A stretch of DNA of 64,000 nt from Tubulanus polymorphus. Lineage: Eukaryota > Animalia > Nemertea. Of the stretch, positions 51,025-64,000 are shown in pieces (the stretch's first letter is position 1; each line of letters opens with the position of its first letter). The notes beneath the pieces were generated by a model, which was not told where the DNA came from, searched no databases, and saw only the letters and a list, made by a program, of their open reading frames with translations. The stretch covers positions 1,984,001-2,048,000 of the forward strand of contig NC_134036.1 in NCBI RefSeq assembly GCF_964204645.1, written 5' to 3'. Made by a program: the position numbers and the translations under genes.

Positions 51025-52324
51025 TTAGCTCGGTGGGTACAGGATGTTGCTCCGACCAAGGGGCGACTAGCTCGATGGTGGGCACAGGATGGCTCTCCGG
51101 CCCACATGTGATAAGCTCGGTGGTGGGTATGGATGGCGCTCCTGCCCACAGGCGACTAGCTCGGTGGTGGGTACAGGATGTTGCTCCGACCCAGGGGCGA
51201 CTAGCTCGATGGTGGGCACAGGATGGCTCTCCGGCCCACATGTGATAAGCTCGGTGGTGAGTACAGGATGGCTCTCCTGCCCACAGGCGACTAGCTCGTT
51301 GGTAGGCACAGGATGGCTCTCCTGCCCACAGGCGACTAGCTCGGTGGTGGGTACAGGATGGCTCTCCTGCCCACAGGCGACTAGCTCGATGGTGGGCACA
51401 GGATGGCGCTCCTGCCCACAGGCGACTAGCTCGGTGGTGGGTACAGGATGTTGCTCCGACCCAGGGGCGACTAGCTCGATGGTGGGCACAGGATGGCTCT
51501 CCGGCCCACATGTGATAAGCTCGGTGGTGAGTACAGGATGGCTCTCCTGCCCACAGGCGACTAGCTCGTTGGTAGGCACAGGATGGCTCTCCTGCCCACA
51601 GGCGACTAGCTCGGTGGTGGGTACAGGATGGCTCTCCTGCCCACAGGCGACTAGCTCGATGGTGGGCACAGGATGGCGCTCCTGCCCACAGGCGACTAGC
51701 TCGGTGGTGGGTACAGGATATTGCTCCGACCCAGGGGCGACTAGCTCGATGGTGGGCACAGGATGGCTCTCCGGCCCACATGTGATAAGCTCGGTGGTGA
51801 GTACAGGATGGCTCTCCTGCCCACAGGCGACTAGCTCGTTGGTAGGCACAGGATGGCTCTCCTGCCCACAGGCGACTAGCTCGATGGTGGGCACAGGACG
51901 GTGCTCCTGCCCACAGGCGACTAGCTCGGTGGTGGGTACAGGATGGCTCTCCTGCCCACAGGCGACTAGCTCGATGGTGGGCACAGGATGGCGCTCCTGC
52001 CCACAGGCGACTAGCTCGGTGGTGGGTACAGGATGTTGCTCCGACCCAGGGGCGACTAGCTCGATGGTGGGCACAGGATGGCTCTCCGGCCCACATGTGA
52101 TAAGCTCGGTGGTGAGTACAGGATGGCTCTCCTGCCCACAGGCGACTAGCTCGTTGGTAGGCACAGGATGGCTCTCCTGCCCACAGGCGACTAGCTCGGT
52201 GGTGGGTACAGGATGGCTCTCCTGCCCACAGGCGACTAGCTCGATGGTGGGCACAGGATGGCGCTCCTGCCCACAGGCGACTAGCTGGGTGGTGGGCACA
52301 GGATGGCGCTCCTGCCCACAGGCG
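51025..52324. repeat. 45-bp VNTR, about 29 units, with a 270-bp higher-order period
   Basis: The TTGCTCCGAC variant recurs at 51181, 51451 and 51721. Confidence 0.93.
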
Positions 52325-54437
52325 AATTCATGTTAGTAACATACGTAGGCTTACTTTTTACGCAGAAGATTTTTTCTTTCTGCATTTTGTGTCCAACCTC
52401 GTTCACCGGGACTTACGCCGAGCCACTACAGTTAACCTAGCTTAAGTCATCATCAAATAAGTCATCGAATCACTCGTCATCTTTAATTCTATTTCTTTAA
52501 TGTACTGGAGTAGGTATAAGTCATCATTTCGATAAGTCAAAAAACGCTGAGAAGACTTAAGCAAGGTTGATTTGAAATTCCTAAATTAATCGAAATAGAA
52601 AAATAAAAAATGAAATAAAACTTGTTCTGGTGTAAGACATTTGGTCTGATCTCCCGTGATGAGAGGAAATAGGAGCGCGTTATCAGAAGATAGTGACATG
52701 TAGATTTCCAGGACCGCTATATAAAGCTGGGTTCACTCTCAGTCCTGGTCTCCACACAGATATCCGTCGTTCTACAATCTTAGTACAACCATACTGTGGC
52801 GAATCGATTTCAAGGTCATTGACACTGCGCTATATTTGTCAAAATTATTAAAAGAACTCATTTTGCGTTTTTCTAGGCACCGCTTCGATATAAGTTAATG
52901 TTGGAGGATATTGTAAGGACGCTATACCCGGTTACTCATGTTGTAGTAAGGACAGTAAAAGGATTTATCTGGTAGGGCTGGGCTTCGTCTGGACCTGTTG
53001 TACATTATTATTTACCTAATACCCATACATAATGTTTCAATTCAGAATTAGGACGTTCCATGTGTTCAATCGACGTTGCTTTTTCCAGATCAGCGATTCC
53101 TTACTTTCTCATCATCTGGATCTGTTTGCTGCCGATACCCGGAGGTTGACTAGACCTACACTGATTCATTCGAGACCTTGTTAGGTAATCCATGATGCTC
53201 TACACTGAAATAAATTTCGGGTGAGCGAAGCGGTTTAATATTGGGTACCGTTATAGAATGTATATGTTTTGTGTTAAATCAACAGTTCTAATGTTGATTT
53301 TTGCGTTACATTTTCAGACAGATGCAGCCTCTCCTGCCGATACTGTTAACTTGGATGTTACATCTCCCAAGGTGAATGTACATGTAATGAAAATCCATTC
53401 CTGAATTTGGTGAGTAGACATTGTTTGTTTTATACGGAACTTGGGTGGGGTTTAAGTTTATTCAAACGGATAGAACCTCGTTACAACAAACACAGATACA
53501 GTAGACTCTTAACTGGAAGTTAATTTCTGACCAGTGACTTGGTTCAGTCGATACTTCGAGTTTGAAAAACTAAAATTATCATGAATTGTTGCAATATATG
53601 TTTTCAAATTAAATGTGGTAATTCACCTTTTACAGATTTTAGTTCAAGTCGAGTTCTTATGAGCAGCGATTTACCAGATAAAGTTAACTATTGATTTATT
53701 CCATAAACTTGATTATGAAATGTAAAAAAAAAACAGATTTTGTCGCCCGCTCGAAACCGGTTCAATCGTCCCAGACATTTATACATTAATGTTCCATAGT
53801 TCAATGACGTGCACTTGACTCTTGACACATTCGTGAGTCATATTTGAAAAAAATCCGTGATAACAAAGTCATGCGCATAGATTATTTGAAAATGATCCGA
53901 AATATTAATTCGCCACTTGAAGACAATTTTCATACGGCGGATGTCATTTGGTGGTTTCCTGCCCTTGGCCTTTATGATAATCAAGAGATTCGCTTTACGG
54001 ATGCTTTCAAATACTAATCAAACACCAGATTTCAGATCACTTTCCAAGTGGGAACGTAGAACTTGAAACTCTTGTTATCAATTTTATTTGTGTCTTTTCA
54101 AAGTATGTCGACAAAAAACTGCGTTCATGACATTTGACAGGAATGTCAAAATACCGATTTGTCACCCTGATTAGAATCAGACCCTGGACATATCACATGA
54201 ATTTTCTTATAAAACACCTGAGTTGATTACTTATTATCTAGTTCACAGGAAACCATTTCTAGTATGTCTATAATATTTATCAGACACATTAAACTGCGTC
54301 ACTAGATCTGATAATCGGGTTCGTAACCGAAAATACCGGTCACCGCGATTAGAATCAGACCTTGGGACTAATATCACCTGACTGTTCTACGCCCAAACCG
54401 CATTCACAATTTCTGGTGTTAATAACTGACGGTCAAC

Positions 54438-57400
54438 ATGGCTACAAGTAATCCGGATCGTTTCGAGATTTCCGTACCTTTCAAAGGACGTCGCGTTACC
54501 GTTTGGTCCGATCAGGATAATGAGTACAGAACGACACAAAATTACTTTTATCAGCCGCTGTTTAATTTGGAATCTGATCGAATAACTGCGGATGGAAATA
54601 TATTACAACTTGATATAACTCTGTGGTGTGAAGAATTAGAGGCTGCTATTAAACACGAACTAAAAACCATCTATACAGGTCACGTAATAGCGGTGCAGAT
54701 GATGCCGTTTGATGAGGTAAGAATCTGTAATTCTCATCTTCAGTTTCATCATCACCCGCGTGTGATACTAAACGGGTGACCACTGCGAGGTGAGAGTCAA
54801 ATAGAAAAAATCTTTTTATATTTCAGGTGAAATTAGAATGGAGAGATGCGCCCTCTGGTGTGGAGATACCGAATCATCCGATCCCGTTCAATCATCAACC
54901 TCAGAATCACGTGTTTATCGTTAAATGTGAAAATGAAGAAATGTGTGAAATCTACAAATCGCGACTTCAACAATCTCCACAATCAATAGGTTCGGGTCTT
55001 GTGATCGGTGCTAGTCGTCACGGGAACGAATACGTGTTTAGAGTGAACACTGTACCGATCAGTGAAGCGCGAACAGTTCAACCAGACATTGATCAACGTC
55101 TTAATTCTCTAATTGACAATGTCAAACTGTTTCATGATAATTCAGAAAATCAATTCTCTCAATTGAAGCGGACTATAGACACAGTTGAAGAGAGGCTGAA
55201 CCGGTGCTGTACTGAACAACAACTTGAAGAAAGGCTGAACCGGTTCTGTACTGAACAACAACTTGAAGAGAGGCTGAACCGGTTCTGTACTGAACAACAA
55301 CTTGAAGAGAGGCTGAACCGGTGCTGTACTGAACAACAACTTGAAGAGAGGCTGAACCGGTGCTGTACTGAACAACAACTTGAAGCATTAGAAGTTAAAC
55401 TGAACAACGCTATCGATGACGTCACAGGGAGAGTGGATGAAGTGGAGAGTTCTATTGGTGACGTCATTGATTCATTAACGATCAGTAAACAGGTTCAGAC
55501 AGACTTCTTACCTGACCTAGTGACGTCTATACCTGGTGAGCAGACGGGTCAACAGTCACGTATAATATGTGCGGACTACGAGGAGTCCAGTGATATATAT
55601 TACATGGATGATAATAATGTAATGAAGAGATATATAGAGTGTGTTGATGGTGATTATGTACTTGGACTCGATACAGATAGTAACGGTCACCTGTTTGTAG
55701 TCGTGGAGAAAAACGAGAAACTCTGCCTGAGAAAATATAAAGATCAGGACAAAGTGTTAGAGGAAGATGTCACTGATATTGTGTCTGGATGTGGAACACT
55801 AGTTATTCGCGGTAACAATATTTACATCCAGTTAGATAGAGACGTTCGTGTTTTACGTCTATTAGAAAACCCTGTAAACAGTTTAATTGATAGAAACCGT
55901 GTGAAAAAATATCAGCTCCCGGATGGAGAGTACAAATATATCAACAGTTTAGATGTCGACACGCGGGGACGCATGTTTGTATACTGTAATAGATCGGGAA
56001 GATTACTCTATCTAACAGCTGATGCGGAATTGATCAGTTTTATCAATAACACGTTCCCAAATGTTTTGATACTTTCTCAGTTTGTATCAAATATATTGCC
56101 AATTTCTGGTCCTTGAGTCCTGAAAAATGATAAATTTACAGCGCAAAATCGTACAAACGTGTCAATTATACTTCTAAACACTTTATTTGCGGACCAGTTT
56201 ATGAATTGAGTGTGGGCCATAGAGCGCTATATCCGCCTGTGATCTCGACTTTCAATTTATTACGTAAGCTATTCGTGAACAAAATGCGGCCGGCGCACAA
56301 TAGAAACTTCGCTCTATGTATTCTTTCATTACCGCCGACAAAGAGGACCGATATTTCGCAAATTGGATTCGGGAGGTTTAAACCTCCCAAGGTCAAATCA
56401 CTAAAATTGTGACCTTCGTGGAGATTATCTAAAAAGCCGATGGTAATCAAATTTAGCAGAACTTTTAACCCAAACGTTCAATGGTTTGAAAATCTTTCAA
56501 TGGCATTCCTAAGTATTTGATGAAAGTTGAGAAATCATAAGATATTCATATAACCATGGACTCTAAAACCTAAATCGTTTAAGAGTCCCTGGTATAAAAA
56601 AAAACTTTGCATAACGAAGAAGCAAAAATTCGAATCCGAACCATCTGTTTGGAATTGATTCTTATGAAATGGAAACAAATGCGTGAGCACTACTCATTGA
56701 TTCGTTCATTATTGTACAATATGTTTCATTTTTTGACCGTAAGACGTTGACATTATGTCAATTTCATTCAATTTACTTTGCGGCTTTACAACGGCTATTT
56801 CACTGGTTCTGCGTGATGAGATAATTCTGATTAAAGTTATTGTATTAATTTCTACATGTATATACGTAATGATACTCTTTCTGAATAAAAGATGCAAGTT
56901 ATTCGAATCCCCACCATTGTTCTCTACAATGTACGTTAATCAAACTCACGATAAAACCAGAGCCAAAACCATGGACTCAAAAACGAAGAATCCGTGGTCA
57001 AACATACAATTTTAATTTCCCCGTTAGTTCACTGATGCCGTCAGTTTCTATCGAATGCAAGGATTCTAGCCAATCAGAGAGGCGCATGTACACATCCATT
57101 GGCATACTTAGTTCTAGTACAACTTAGACAATAATCAAGGTTCGAGCCAATGTCAGTAACTAGAATATGTTCTTTCATCAAATATAAATATCTCAGCAGT
57201 AGTCAGTTAGTTGAGTTTGTTTGACTTGTTTTGTATTTCATCAATCAATCTATTTCATTTTATTTTAAAGTACAAACTAAACGCTTGAATTGCTTATAAC
57301 ACGACCAGGTATGAATTAGAATAGATCGGCTTAATATTTCGAATGCAAATTTGGCGATTAAGCAATCGAAAATTCGAAGTGCTTGAGAAATTTATCAATA

Positions 57401-60400
57401 CGCCCATTACTCCGAATAGCGATAAGTTCATTGACACATGTGACCATTGTTTTGTTACTTTCGATAAGCGATTCGAATAAGCTATGCGACAGCTAACGAC
57501 AGCACAATCGCAATATCAACAGAAGTTCATTTTATCCTACATGATGAGGCTAAATTCAGTGAAATCGATCGTGTTCTGAAATATATATTTTCCTGGATAC
57601 ATTTTGTTTATTGTAGCTATTCTATGCGGTTTTATACATTAACCTGCTATAACATATTGACCGTTTTCAAGAACCCAAAAATTACAATTTTCTGGGAATC
57701 CTAATTTGTCCTAAACGATATTCCAACTATTATTTTGTTAATTATTCAACTATCATCACTAACTGGGTAAGTTAGTTGAACTTACATAAAGATATATCAT
57801 TAGGGACACTTCAATTTCACACCGTTCAATATCATAAGGGAACAAAATTCTTTGAAACTTGGTTAATAGTAGTTCTTAAGACTAGGTTTTGTTTCCGGAA
57901 TTTACTAAATGTACCAGTTCTAATAATTCACTCATTGAAGCTTCTATACATTAGAAGTGAAAGCTCGTGCGTCGAAATAAATAGTTAACCTTTAAAGTAC
58001 TACTCGTCTCTTCATTTAAATTCAAATAATATAAGTCTTTATTGATTCTTTTTTGATGGAATATGCATAACTTTTTCTGGGCAAATTTCTATATTCTGTC
58101 AAGTCATGGACTCTAAAACGATTTAGACATTAAAACGTTTTAGAGTCCATGGTCAAGGTATTTTGGCTATAACGAGTATAACTAACTCCCTGGGGTAACG
58201 ATGTGGCTGATGAAATGATCTCTCCCATTGTAATCCCACCATTCAATTACTCATTGTATAACAACTCTCACAATTAAGCCTCGGACTCTTAAACGAATTA
58301 TGAGTGCATGCTTTAGTATAGGCTCTGATATAGAGCATATTGTCTTGATTTAGAACATGTATGCATAAACTCTAGGCTGCAAAGAAATACGTTTTCAGCG
58401 GCTTTAATCGAGTTAAATCTTTCGTGATAGATTAACACAGAGAGGCGGCACCCAATCGCTGCTTATTGACATTAGGCACAAGTCACTGTTATGTTCATTA
58501 GTAAAACTAATATAGAATGAATAAGTGAGGAGGGAAAATGTATAAATTAAATTTATAAATGAATTTATAAGAATTTAGCATGCATCGGAGTGCACTTAAA
58601 TTGGATTATTACAAAATAACTCACTTCAAAATTTATGATATTGTTTCATTGATATTTATTACTTTAAAGCGATTCACTTTAAGAACTTTGGTCAACAATA
58701 AGTCTGACCTGCAAATCAAATCATCGGGAGAACAAAATACTGTTTCAAAAAATTATATTGCTAATACATTCCTAATCTTAATCTCTCGCCATAAACCTAC
58801 TGGATTTAGGGCCTGGGGCATTTTACATGGTTGTAGGTAAAATTCCCCTAGGTAAAATCCTCACTTGGCGATTTTTCAAGAACATTTGAAAGCACGATAT
58901 CTATTCAAACATATTCATCTACAATACAACTGCAATATATTTAACTGTGCATTGATCTCTTTTGTTGAAATAAATCTTTAAATAAATTCATAGAATAAAT
59001 GAAATTCATGAACTTTTTATTCATACTTTCTTTTCATATTTTATTCATACTATCTTTTAATTCGAACTAAATAACTCTTTTTTACTTGTGGTATAGTATG
59101 CTTATGATATGGATTCGATTTACGTATCAATATTTTCATGTTGACGGGAGCCTGATGATGGCTAATAGCATTAGCCGAAACATTGCTCGTAGAACATTTG
59201 ATTTTTAGCTGAATTCATTGTGGGATTTGTCTCGTTATTCACCATACACGGATTGTGTATTTCCTTCTCATTTTCATGTTGGTTTTGAACAACTTAAATT
59301 TTGCGATTCTAATACCTTATTAACTTTAGATGACAGTAATACCTTCAATTTACATGTAAAATATGATCACTGCTGAAAGTGTAATAAGGAATATATATTT
59401 ACTCCAGTGACAATATTTTGATTCAAAGATTTAATTCAATCATCTAGTCCGAGTCTGTATGGTAAAACTTCTGGCTAACCAATAGCTAACCGAATACCGA
59501 CAAAAGAAGGTGGTCGCTTAAAAATTAGTTTATTTATGCAACAGGAATCTATCTTGATTTCAAGGGCACTTCAATTAATCGTTTCAATAGTGACCACTTC
59601 AAATTAGCCAGTAGTTTAAATGACCGAATTCAATCAACCGATTCGTATCCTAAGAATGAGAATTGTATCTAACCACAGTAGTCATTCTTCATCAAACGTT
59701 CGGTCATCATATTATACATCTATACATCATTACTATCATCTTCAGTTAATAGAAGTGCAATAAAATCTAGAATCTATGAGTTGAGTTTTTTTTAACATAA
59801 TAAATTGTGTTGATTTTATGTTAGTTAAATCAAATATTGGGAATATTTTACCGGGGGATTTTTACTTTGGGGATAATAAGCTAAATTATTTTATATCATC
59901 GGTTTTCATTAAGAAAAAAAACAACTATTAATCTTAACGTCACTTATATTTCTTTTGGAGCATTAAGATTCTTTCATTGAATTAAATATGTTATTTCGTA
60001 CAATAGTTCATGACAGTGCGTCATTCACGCTTATATGTACAAAACTTCTTTACAGAGTTCAAAATATAAACCAACAATCTCATCTCAAGCATGTACTAGC
60101 GCTGACGTTATGGGATAAAACCAAGTCTCGATTAATTGCCTAAAATGTGGGTACATTCATTCAAATCAGGACTAAAATACGCTTATATGAATATCTTGCT
60201 TGATATCATTTTACATTACGGGTGTCTCATAGGCCTGGTTTTACTTGTACATTGTCATCAATTGATTAAACATCCCAACTAACTTCTGTATTTACTCATG
60301 GCTTAATCACTGGTATTCAATATCTAGTCGGCTATAGAAAGACTAACCCGATAAAATTCCATTAACCGTTCGTCCAGAGTCGAACACTCGTTAATTCGCA

Positions 60401-62496
60401 ACGATTTTAAAGAAAGAAAATGATTGCATGAAATCTACTTTTCGTATCAATCGGCGTCCAATCACTTAAACCATCCTAAACACAGTAGTGTAGTAGTTTG
60501 TGTCTATTTGCTTTTGCTGATGTCATTTAACATAACAATGGAAATGTATTCGTTTATTTGGAAATTATATGAAGATATGGAGTAATCATGTGACAAATCA
60601 AATTATTACTGCAAGGCAAAACATAGCGCACTTCAGATATATGATATGGCCTTAAAGACTTTTCATATATTAACAGTCCAGTTTAACGTCTATTGATATG
60701 AATAGTCCAGTTTTGATATGACTGTCGCAACAGTTGGAATAAAACCTATGAAATCTAGGGGCATTTATCTCATGAAATTTAGATTTGAGATAATTGTATT
60801 GTATTGTGTGAGGATTAAACACTTCAATGGCTGGTGATTATTTGTGATGAAGTAATCAGTGAGATGGACTGTTGATGTAGCCTTGATTGAGGCACTCGGG
60901 TCAGATAATATTTTTACATAAAACAGTGCATTTGTTAAAGCAGAACACATGATTTTAAACTAGATATAAGTAGCTAAACCGTTAATTTTCATTCCTAACT
61001 TTTCATCACTCCCGATTATCAAAAATAATTCAACAGTTTGATTAACGGATAGTTGCAGTTAACAACATTTCTATCTGATAGAGAAGGTATACAGGTATAC
61101 AGAGGAACAAGAAAAGAACATCCAACTAGACACTGAAAAATCTTTATTCCGGTTTTTACCAGGGGCCTTTACCTTGGGGTATATTTAACTAGGGGATTTT
61201 TACTGAAAGGGACCTTTACGGGGCGAGTTTTTACCCGATCACATCGATTATTGAATGACATGTTCGATAAATCATGACAAAAACTGGTATCACTGGTACA
61301 ATTTGCTAATTTTCGCTATTCGGGTGGTTCTGTAGATTATTGGCTATACCGTTGGTAACTGACTAGCTATTTGTATCACTGATCGGACTGTGAAAATATA
61401 GCTTTGACAAAACCACAACGAGAAATGAATCAAATGCAATATTTTACTCGAAAACGAGCATAACCATGGATTCAGTAACGTTTTTTTACAATCCATGGCT
61501 GAAATGACGCTATTGAAAAAATCAATGAGAAATACTGCCTCCGATTTTTATGACTAAAATATAGGAATGAATTCCGAACAGAATCAAATCAGGTTGTTAT
61601 TATTGGTATTGTGTATACATTTCATTTATTAGATATTTCAAGTAATTCGTGTAATTAGGAAAAACTCGATCCAATAATGGGTTTTTCTTTCGGTTTTAAG
61701 TAATTTACAACTTACCAAATATGGACTACATGGTTTGACATTAAAACCAGTGAGCATTATGGTATCAAGTTCAACCAAAATTGATTACGATCGGCCTTTC
61801 GTAGAATCTCCCTGAAGGTCACAATTTTAGTAAATTGACCTTGGGAGGTTTAAACCTCCCGAATCCAATTAGCAAAATATCGGTCCTCTTTGTCGGTGAC
61901 AATAAAAGTACCCTGCGCGTAACTTTCTATTGTGCGCCTGCCGCGTTTTGGGCACGAGTAGCTTACGTAATCTTAATTGAAAGTTGAGATCACAGGCAGA
62001 TATTGAGGTCTATGGCCCACACATAACATCATAAATTGGTCAGGAAATAAAGTGTTTTGTGGTATAGATGACACGTTTGTACGATTTTACACTGTAAATT
62101 TATCATTTTTCAGGACTTTCAGGACCTAAAATCGGCAATATTTTTGATACAAACTGAGAAAGTATCAAAACATTTGAGAACGCGTTCAATGTGGAAGATT
62201 CCGGACTAACATTTGATCCACTTGCGGGGTCCCCGTGTATAATCAATGATAAACATGTATTACTATCGGTAAACTCTGGGACTGGTAACAAAGGAGCCGT
62301 GATTAGTATGAGATATAATGATGAGGGGTTTATAGATCACCCGCGTATAGTATTGAACTCTACTGACAGTGTGACAGGTGAGATACACAAAATATGTGAC
62401 AGTAACACTGTAGTTATCCGTCACTTGGATAACAGTAATAAACCGGACTCACTGCGAGTTTATAATATAAACACTGTACTCACTCGTACAAAATAG
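54438..62496 (+). pseudogene. Array gene F (5 stalk repeats), interrupted by a transposon
   Basis: Exon 54438-54716; exon 2 is split into 54827-56047 and 62191-62496, which rejoin in frame (..ISFIN|VEDSGL..) once the insertion and one TSD are removed. Confidence 0.9.
56048..62186. mobile_element. 6.1-kb DNA transposon with ~400-bp imperfect TIRs and a 4-bp TSD (CAAT); no recognisable transposase
   Basis: Ends AACACGTTCCCAAATGTTTTGATACTTTCTCAG / CTGAGAAAGTATCAAAACATTTGAGAACGCGTT; CAAT at 56044-47 and 62187-90; the empty site is seen in genes A-E. Confidence 0.92.
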
Positions 62497-62736
62497 AAAT
62501 TCGGTTTTAATCAAACATGATATAACACGTTTCATCAAGGATTAAATCCATAGATAGTCAAAATATGTGGATTTTTTAAAAGTTAAAGAATGTATCTTTT
62601 TAGGACCTGTTTATGGAATGAGACTCTCATTCATTCTATTACGTAATATATCATAACAGAAAAAAAAAAACTTAAGAAGAAAGAATTTGACGAAAGAAGT
62701 CATTACTATTAGAATTATTGTGAGAATGTAATCAAT

Positions 62737-62937
62737 GCCGTGATTAGTATGAGATATAATGATGAGGGGTTTATAGATCATCCGCGTATAGTATTGAACT
62801 CTGCAGACAATGCGACATTAGAGATACACAAAGTGTGTGACAGTAACACTGTAGTTATCCATCACCGGGATATCAGTAGTAAACAGGACTCACTGCGAGC
62901 TTATAATATAAACACTGTACTCACTCGTACACAATAA
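62737..62937 (+). pseudogene. 3' cassette 3 (orphan duplicate of the gene 3' end)
   Basis: Homolog of 29404-29610. Confidence 0.85.
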
Positions 62938-64000
62938 AAACCCTAAACGCTCTGTAAGTTGGACATTAGACATATATGAAGTGTGTAACAGTTTGAGTTA
63001 TCCGTCACTAGGATAAAAGTAATAAACCGAATAATGTAAACACTTCATAAAATAGAAACCAGTTTTAACCTGATTTTATATCAAGTATGAGACTAACGGT
63101 TACGATAACGTCTAGTGATTTAGCGTTTGACGACACGAATGTCTGTGTAATTAAATCGCTAATAAAGTCGTACATTTAACGGGGATTTCAAAAAGCCGTT
63201 TTGAGGTTTAACTAATTTATCAAAGAATGAATTATTTTAAGTAGTTAAGAAAAGTTAACTTGAAATCTATTTCAAAGCACATTCATAATTTTGGTGAAAG
63301 TGGGGCGCAAGTTCTTAATGGTAAATACGTAATCCACGCTTAAAATTAAGTTCCTAGTAGCGGTTTTATAGACTGGTATTAACTTTGGTCTGGGGGTTAA
63401 CTTTATTCATTTTCAATTGTGTTAACCCCCGGGTTGAAGTTGACACCAGTCTATAAAATAAGCCCCTTTAGTTTTATTCCCACGAAATTTTCTGAGCATG
63501 TTCACTCAACAAAACAGGAAAATGATCTGAAATTCTTTTTTGAGATTTGACGTTATTATGGGCTGTTTCTTGTGAAGCAAAATCAAATCACTGAGTTGAG
63601 GAGTTCTACCCTAATCTGTTAGTAATAATTGGAACTTATGGGATTTTCCGACTCACTAAGTTTTCGACTTTGACATGTTAAACTAATTATGATATAACAC
63701 GTTTCATTCGGGATTCAATCCATATATAGTCAAAATGTGGATTTTTTAAAAGTGAAAGAATTTAAGGTTTTTTGAAACCTGTTTGCGGAATGTGACTTTT
63801 CAGTCATACTATTACGTAAGATAATATAAAAGAAAAGAGACTAAAAGTTGAGAAGAGAAAATTTTTATGAAAAAAGTAATTATCATTAGAATTATTGTAA
63901 GAATGTAATCAATCATGATTGTATTGTTAAAAAACTAATATATTGACGAAATGATAATTATTAGAATTATAATAATAATGTGATTAACTATAATTGTATC

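Noticed and set aside
56044-56056. piggyBac assignment for the 6.1-kb element (CACGTT-like end)
   Set aside because: Flanks are not TTAA; the empty site shows a CAAT duplication.

Overview
AT-rich metazoan (invertebrate-like) genomic DNA with GT-AG introns, made of two tandem gene clusters. (1) 1.2-14 kb: three 4-exon Ly6/uPAR (three-finger, quiver-like) genes with a signal peptide and a GPI-type tail. Copy 1 is broken (GTG start, frameshift). Copy 3 has a duplicated exon 2, and its intron 1 holds a 2.96-kb element with AG..CT ends, a 6-bp TSD, hairpin-capped TIRs and virus-like ORFs (C2H2 fingers, split HNH nuclease), resembling a mini-Polinton/Maverick. (2) 16.3-64 kb: six paralogous two-coding-exon genes (A-F) in three ~13.3-kb two-gene units. 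Each gene encodes a near-invariant N-terminal domain, a stalk of 5-15 copies of a 13-aa repeat, and a predicted beta-propeller with clustered amino-acid hypervariability. Each unit also carries a 1.3-kb foldback transposon, a 5'-truncated LINE, a 45-bp VNTR and an orphan copy of the gene 3' end that may be a gene-conversion donor. Gene F is split by a 6.1-kb TIR transposon. The array looks like a rapidly diversifying intracellular recognition (immune-type) family. All family assignments come from motif recognition by eye, not database searches.
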